Below, in pieces: positions 10,689 through 17,352 of a stretch of DNA of 17,352 nucleotides. A program made the translations under genes and the position numbers. Source of the DNA: Azolla caroliniana (taxonomy: Eukaryota > Plantae > Polypodiophyta); assembly GCA_043228905.1 (NCBI GenBank), contig JBHGNT010000701.1, forward strand, positions 1 through 17,352. The letters are read 5' to 3'. Below the pieces are notes generated by a model. It did no database searches. It was not told where the DNA came from and saw only the letters and a program-made list of their open reading frames with translations. Numbering within the stretch: position 1 is the first letter of the stretch; each line of letters starts with the position of its first letter.

Positions 10689-13503
10689 GCGATTTGTTTG
10701 GCACAAACAGAAGCCAAACAAATGGACCGCCTGGTCTTGCATGATGGCACGAACTTGTATACTAGCTTTTGGTCGCTTGTCATGCAGTTGAATATTAGCG
10801 ATTGTCCCTTCAGAAAGTTTGTTACTGTGGATCGTGAAACTGGTGAGTGCGATGACAGGACACGGTTCAACTGGTGCAAACTCACAATAATGCACACTGC
10901 AGTGGAGCGCGCTCTCGTCGTGGTATTAAGCTCGGATACAGCTTGGGAAAGTCATTTCTGATTCAAAATTGAGCTTGACAACTATCTGAGACCGTCAATC
11001 AACGTGTCACGGCCTTGGGCTGAGCCGCTGAGGTGACATCGGTGCGGCTGAAAAAAAGTGCCCCAGCCTCAATCCAACATACATATACCCCCCCGCCGGT
11101 CTCCATATGCCGTCGTCGATCTCGTCCTGAACGGCTCGTGTCATGTCATTGCACAGCTGATGCGTGTGGTTTGCCACGTGCAATCGACAGATCTGATTCT
11201 TTGCGTTGACTTCAGCCCTGAATTTGCAGGCAGGCAGGCCCGAACCAGGTTGCGAGCTGGGGAATCCCGTACCGGATCGGCTTGCTATCTTGGCGCGTTG
11301 AATTCAGGATATGAAAACGTAAAGCTGCCGGTCGATCGGAGCGAACCCATCGGGCTGTGGCTCAAGTCGGAGGGCGATCACGCCACACGGGATCTTGGAG
11401 AAGTGAAGGCTGGGCTTGAGGTTGATGATTAACTTGACGATGATGCATCGTGAAAGCGTTCTGTGCATGCCTCAGGCCGAAACGGGACAGACGACAGGTG
11501 CGCATGCCTCAACGTGTCGCAACACCTGCCTAGAACGATCATAACTTGTCTGCACTCTGCACTCTTTCCCAAGAACCGGGTATCAGGAAAGCACGTGACT
11601 TTACATTGCGCAGAGCACCATGAAGCACAAACGGCCGAAACCTACCTCGTCCGCCTCCAGCTACTGCAATCCAATCTCCACCGTCGAGACTGCTGCAATG
11701 TAACAGTCGGACCCCGCCCCTGCTGCATGCCTGGACCAGGCTGGGTACTCGGACCGCGTCTTCCTTGTCCAAGTATTGCAAGTCAGAATGATAATGGATG
11801 GCAGGTCTGGACGAGTCTGTCCGCGTTCTCCCACTAGAGCAAGCGCACTGACGACCAGCGTGATAGCTTCCTGCCCCCCCGGCGCGCGCCGTCTCGTGCC
11901 CATCGACTCTGTTTAGACAACAATGCCAAGAGCTTATTCATCCTCGGCTTTCACGGTAATAAGGGGGAGAAGATTGTGGCTTTCACATCGAAGACGCCTC
12001 CACGGCGCGACTGTGATGGGGAGGTGCTGATGGGAGAGGGATGAGATGATGGCCACGGCATGTCACACAGCCCTATCCACCCGGCTGCGACTACATTGGG
12101 CCATCGAGATCTCCCATCCCGGCTTGACCAACGATCCATGGTCCAGCTGATCTGGCAGTTTTTGAGGTCCGGATGAACGGGAACTGCTATTCATATCGCC
12201 TGTCACAAGCAGTGTTGAGGGAACGAGACGAGCAACCGCGGCATTGCAGCGTGCTAGAGCCCACACCCACCAACTAACCAGACGCTATGTACTCCCGCGC
12301 TCCCACTACAGTACACATCCTTGGCAGGAGACGATTTTCCGCCAGGATCTAGTCGGCAGCAAGAGAGCCCTGGCGACGCCTCTGCCGATCGAACGCACTC
12401 GACCCATAACTCTGTCACAGACCACAATGACTGCAACCACACGCGCCGCAATATTGCATCCGGTTCGCCAATCGTCGCGTTAGTTGTCTTGGCCATCCTG
12501 ACTCTACTTCGATGACGGCGGCCACCACCGGCAGCACCGCGCCTGAGCTCATCAGCAATGCTATTAATAACAATAAACCACGATGTGCAGACCCAGTGTC
12601 GCAGACGTCACGCGTTGAGTCGGCGGCGAGGTTTTAACCTATTGGGACAGCGCCACATACCTACCACACCGTTCGTCTTGGCTAGGCTGTCAGCGTGCTG
12701 ACTCGGTGCTGTGGCACCACTACTTTGACAAGCGGCCCTCATGGAATGCAAGCGCGAGTCTACTGCAAGCTGTCAGTTGAGCGAGCAGGGCATCATGGAG
12801 AGATTGCGTTCGAGGCGGACCCTCTTTCAGCTGTCGTACTGTTCATGAGTACGGCAGATGGTCGTACCGATGCTAGTTGGGCATGTCCAGGCGCCAGAAA
12901 GGTTCAGACATTTCCCGCGAACCGCTCTTGACAGGAAGAATGGGACGCTGCACAGACGTGTGCCTGAATGGATGTACGTATGTACGCATGGACAGAATTG
13001 GACTGCGTCATGCCATATGAATGCAGTGCTGCGCTCATCTGGAATCAATAAAAGGCAAACTATGGACCTACAGCTAGTCCCATGTTGTGCCCTTTGATTG
13101 ATCGTCGGGACTACTGCCAGCCCTTGCGACTGCATCCTCTAATCTCGACGGGATGGCAGTTACCTTGTTCCATCTCCACCGAACGGGGTCCGCCTAGGCT
13201 TGCGCGACAGGGGGGGCCATCCTCCCCGGACCAGATCTTCGGGGTCCTCTTGAACCGACATGCCCCCTCTCTCTCCCGTCTTTACCTCTTTCGAACTTCC
13301 TCAATTCCCCCACGCGACAGAGTTCCTCTCTTCGATGCCGACAACTTTGAACGTCTCACAATCCATAAGGCTCTGCGAAGCGCATTGTCCAGCACCGCGA
13401 CGACGACAGCAATCATTGACAGCTGTACCCGTCTGGCATGAATTGTATTCTTTCTGAGGCGTCCGGGCGCCACTGACGCAAGAGAGCGACGAACACGCCA
13501 GAG

Positions 13504-16046
13504 ATGGAACTGCAATTCAGCGTTCCGCTGTCGCAAGAGCGCTTCAACTCCTTCGCGGTATGTGAGCTGTCTATCTTGGAACGATGTCAAGTTGGTGGAC
13601 AGGGTAGATGGCCTTCTCCAGCCGCTCGGCACTCGGCGCATGTCTTTGGTGTAAGTGTGAATGGTGACTGATTGTACCTGGCCCGATGCAGCAAATCCTC
13701 AGCCGCACCTCCCAAAGCTGCATCATCAGGAACAGCTCGCGGGCAGCACTCATCGTTTCGCGCTCGACACCCGAACGCGGCATACGCGACGCAGCTCGAC
13801 TAAGAGCACGCACGGGATGCAGCACATGTGAGTACTTTCTCACGCGCGCACACATGATTCAGCAACTCGCTGTTCGAATCGACGTGAGCCTCGGCATTTG
13901 TCCAGGAGTAGACTGTGGCTAACGGTCGTGTGTGCAGGCAAGTGAGTCGACTTTGGACTGAATCTGCTTAGCAGTTGTAGACACAAAAGACTGACGAGCA
14001 AAGAAAGCGACATGTCAAATGTGATGAGACAAAGCCTTGCGTGCACCAATTGCATGAAGTGGCGCGGCTATTGCGATGGTTACAGTGAACTGCCCGCAGA
14101 GGGTCTGACGGGACCAGATCCGACGACAGTAATTCGCAACTGATACACACCAAACGAGCACCCGCGCTTCTGACTGAGCCTGCGGGAAACACCTGTCGTT
14201 TCAGCACCAACGAGCAGCGCGATTATTTTAACGAGAATGGACAGATCTCTCCATAACGTTTCTCAGTGGCGGTCTCGGCCAATCGAAATTATGGACCGAC
14301 AGCGATGCCTCAAGTAACTCTAGAAGAGGAGACAGCCTGCGACTGGGAGCCATGGCTGTAGGCGCTTTGCGGAAAGCCTTACTAGAACAACGCACACCAG
14401 AGGCGCTGACAACCAGCAACAAGCACTACTTCAATGCACTTGTGTACTATTGCGAGGCATTGAAGCTTCAGGCGCAGAGCAAAGCCAACCAAGGAAACAC
14501 TCAGGACGGCTTTGATGGCAGCGTTGCTATTCATTTGTTTTGAGACGCAGCGTGGCAACATGTCGGCATCGCTCAAGCATATCACGTATGGATTCACTAT
14601 TGCTTAATGAGCTGGCAGGCGGGACAGAGAAGGCTCCAGACTTGGTGCGTATTGCTCAGGCGCCCCCCAAGTATGGTCAAAGAGCTTCTAGACTGTTTTC
14701 GGCCACTGTGAGCTGCAATCTAGATCATTTTTGGGGTCTTACGGGAAGGTACCACTTTCCGAACAGGAACCCGCGCCAGCTATCCTACCCGCATCCAGCG
14801 CAGCCGATCTTCTCAAAGCCAGTCGAGTCAGTACACAGGCGCAGTTGATGAGCAGATCGCCCAGTCTGGAGCCATCTCCATGGCCAGTCACGCCAGGGTC
14901 GACTGTATCGAGCGTCACCGCTTGCCAAGCCCTCAGAGCATGAGAAGCCCTCAAAGCATGAGTAGCCCGCAAAGTACTTCCACAACCCTCCCTATCAGAG
15001 CCTCGCCTTGTCCGAGTGACCGGTCAACTTCCTCCAAGGCCACGAGCAGTGCGGGGTCGCAGAGGTTCATCGAAAACCCGACCAAAGGGACAACATCCAA
15101 TGGGCATGGGTATCATGCCCTTTGGTCCCCAGTCTCCATATTATAAGCCCAAGATTGCGCAGGTCGCGAAACTGGACGAGATGCCGCAATCATTCAATAG
15201 CTACGACGAAGCCCACGGGTATTGGACACTAATCATGCGGCAAATGTCCAGTACATCCCATTCCTGACGCGGTGCACAGAAGAATTGGGCCTGCCGTACT
15301 TGACCCAGTATGACGAGATTGAAGAAAAACTTCTGAGCGTCAAGAAGAACCCTAAAATAGGGAACTTCATATCCGAGTCGAGGTATTGGCTGCAAAGATG
15401 GTTGGAGGCTTTCGAGCCCCTCTTTTGAACTCCGAGCAGCCAATTCCCAGAACGATATGGAGGCGTACCTCGGGAGTAAGATCAATCTGCGGATTGAGTA
15501 TGTACTGATGTACATTTACACTGCCATTCCACGCTATACTGGGCTGGTGACAGCCAAAGGCTTGACACCGCAGTATCGAGAACTGACGATTTGGGCCGAA
15601 ATCCTGGTTTCTGCCCGACCAAGCTGCGGATTCTCCATGGACTCGGGTTGGACGTGGCCTCTATTCGTCGCGTCTTTTGGTTGTCGAGATCCGACCGGTG
15701 CGAGAAGAGGCGATACGAATTCTGGGGCAGTACCCGCACAGGAACGCGCTGACGGACAGTCGCGTGTTTCGGGCTATCGCCTTGAAGAACAAGGAGATCG
15801 AAGAGATGTGCAGTCTGTACGGCAATGAGAACGAGCAGTGGCTGCAGTTGAGAAGACGACGAGCTGGTCTTTGAGAACAATTGGCAACGATATCATCTTT
15901 CGAAGTCCGGTGAGGGACGAGACGACTGGATTTTGGGCGACTCAAGGAAGAGGTTGCCGAATTTGCGGTACAGGAGGATGGGCTTTTGCTATGGATAGGA
16001 ACGGCCAATCTCGGACTCTATGTCGATTCTCGCGGGGGTTTGTTGA
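13504..16046 (+). CDS. Zn(II)2Cys6 (C6/GAL4-type) transcription factor with C-terminal fungal TF regulatory domain; multi-exon, many frameshifts (assembly errors or pseudogene); start uncertain
   Basis: Reconstructed cluster [35 protein letters not shown] (C-x2-C-x6-C-x6-C-x2-C-x6-C) across 13806-14082, using two introns and one 1-nt correction at ~14037. Downstream pieces typical of C6 TF bodies: LRLGAMAVGALRK, HYFNALVYYCEAL, LLFICFETQRGN, YWLQRWLEAFEPLF, CGFSMDSGWTWPLF, PVREEAIRILGQYP; C-terminus ISDSMSILAGVC* (TGA 16044-16046). Upstream exons (ATG 13504; donors GTATGT 13558 and GTAAGT 13651) are tentative. Confidence 0.8.
13828..13937 (+). other. Intron splitting the second Cys codon of the zinc cluster (110 nt)
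   Basis: GTGAGT donor, GCTAAC branch 13918-13923, CAG acceptor 13935-13937. Confidence 0.8.
13938..13941 (+). other. 4-nt coding micro-exon GCAA
   Basis: Lies between CAG acceptor and GTGAGT donor; supplies T+GC (Cys) and AA+A (Lys), giving exact C-x2-C-x6-C spacing. Confidence 0.7.
13942..14003 (+). other. Intron after the micro-exon (62 nt)
   Basis: GTGAGT donor, ACTGAC branch 13990-13995, AAG acceptor 14001-14003 (the AG that gives the right frame and Cys spacing). Confidence 0.65.
14928..14981 (+). repeat. 18-bp coding tandem repeat x3 (SPQSMR SPQSMS SPQSTS)
   Basis: AGCCCTCAGAGCATGAGA / AGCCCTCAAAGCATGAGT / AGCCCGCAAAGTACTTCC inside the TF gene. Confidence 0.75.
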
Positions 16047-16119
16047 TGTAAGTGCTTACTGAAAAGTCTTCAAGATCTCTTGCGGGCAAGATTCAGTTTA
16101 GCTGAGCAGTAATGTGTGT

Positions 16120-17352
16120 TTAAAGAGCTGGAGTGGCGGGACCGGTGTAAAAGTGAGGGTCTGTCGCATCGAGCAAAGGTCGAACACGAACCATGGGAGG
16201 AGACATGACAGTCGAGGATCCACAGCACTGACAATGAGCTACTTTGATCGAATGCCGTCACCAGAGCCGCCTGATGATGTTTTTCGTAGTACTTTGTAGT
16301 CAACAGAGTGGCGGTAGAAAGAAAGAGACAGCGTCGTTTTTGATTGCCGATAGTTGCCATGGCCCGAGACATGTCGCCTTTTACACAATACGTGCGAGCC
16401 AGGTCTCTTTGACATCCGAATCCACGCCTTCCGAACCTCGTCCCCGCGTAGATTATAGTCGTCGTGAGTAACATCGGCTATCAAACCTATCTGCGCCAAG
16501 TTCTCAACCCGACCATCTTCCTATGGCTACTAGACTGATCTTTTCATGAAACATACCGACCTGGAGAAAACTTTCAGGTCCAGATCCTTAACGCTAAGGT
16601 TTCTTGTTCACAAAGGAAAAGAGAGGCTCTTAGCATCAGGGAAAATATTCGAGGGGGCAGAAGCGGTACTGCTCCAAAAGGATGGTGCCGGAGAGATTTG
16701 CGCCGACTCACAATATACAAAGTTGCGGCTAGACTGAGGCTCGGGCGCTGTTTAGTGTTCACTGAAAATCAGTCCAGGCAGAATAACTAGTGCAGATCCT
16801 CCACGGGTATACCCGTCACGAGATATGCCAGTAGTGGCAGCGTGTTAGGCTCGGAAAGAGCGGGAGGGGGACTGGTATAGGAACGGTACGAAGGGTTGAT
16901 GATTCCGTGATGTGCGAAGAGCATCAATGGAGGAACGTGAGGGGAATGAATTTTGGTTTGGAAGAGTATCCGGAAGATGGAGTTGGGACGTGTGAACGAC
17001 GTAGAACCGTCGAGGTCACTTGCTTCCTCAGCAACGTCTGGTGTCGGCTCTACATACTTCGATGCTGAGCGACCTTCGAAACTGTATGAGGTTGGTCGAA
17101 AATATTTTCGGATTTCCCAAGCCATGTTCGTTGCCCACAGAGCCTCTCGATGGCTGAGTCACCAGTACCTAGACCTGGTCAACCCTTCCGAACCTCTCCT
17201 TGAGGCTACGGAGACGCGACTGGTGAAGACTGCCTTTGTCTCTGGTGAACACTTTATACCAAAGTAGTACCGAGATGGCCCCTGACATCCTTCTGTCCTG
17301 TTCAGGCCTCTGATCATCCCATGCAAGACGGCTGTCAGGCACCTGTCCCGGG
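16120..17352 (-). CDS. Possible fragmented 3' part of a hypothetical gene entering from the right edge
   Basis: Overlapping minus-strand ORF pieces (16787-17125, 16239-16499, 16070-16474) and protein-like stretches in alternating frames (EGVDSDVKETWLARIV, CLGPWQLSAIKNDAVSFFLPPL, RHSIKVAHCQCCGSSTVMSPPMVRVRPLLDATDPHFYTGPATPAL*; TAA 16122-16120). No recognisable domain. Confidence 0.3.

Noticed and set aside
6743-11600. Several CACGTG E-boxes in intergenic DNA
   Set aside because: Count is not clearly above chance for a 6-mer over this length, and they are not clustered.
10700-13500. Short ORFs in the region before the TF (11058-11432, 11463-11837, 12321-12515 with a hydrophobic tail, and a 41-aa ORF near 12512)
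   Set aside because: Mostly non-ATG starts, no codon bias, splice structure or motif that I could support. A frameshifted gene cannot be fully excluded without BLASTX.
10096-16046. Programmed frameshifting or RNA editing as the explanation for the broken genes
   Set aside because: Shifts are numerous, go in both directions and lack slippery-site or structural consensus; sequencing error is far simpler.
1-17352. Transposon, CRISPR array, tRNA/rRNA or biosynthetic gene cluster
   Set aside because: No terminal repeats, transposase or reverse transcriptase motifs, repeat-spacer periodicity, cloverleaf with A/B boxes or backbone enzyme seen; the genes share no evident pathway.

Overview
Eukaryotic DNA, from a filamentous ascomycete (probably a Sordariomycete; inferred from short GT-AG introns with CTRAC/CTAAC branch sites and from gene content). 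Five spliced genes can be reconstructed: (1) an SRR1/BER1-like protein (+, 1113-2092); (2) an unrecognised 301-aa protein with a basic helical N-terminus and C-terminal coiled coil (+, 2749-3763); (3) a type II membrane GH17 beta-1,3-glucanase of the BtgC type (-, 4407-6449, possibly from 6519); (4) a small hydrophilic conserved-hypothetical protein broken by several 1-nt indels, downstream of a cluster of STRE motifs (+, 10096-10688); (5) a Zn(II)2Cys6 transcription factor (+, ~13504-16046) whose zinc cluster needs a 4-nt micro-exon and whose body has many frameshifts. Weak partial minus-strand coding candidates sit at both ends. Frameshifts are rare in the left 6.5 kb and dense from ~10 kb on. 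They are mostly single extra bases, which suggests long-read consensus errors rather than biology. I found no RNA gene, transposon, CRISPR array or convincing novel multi-gene system. The most unusual supported feature is the micro-exon.
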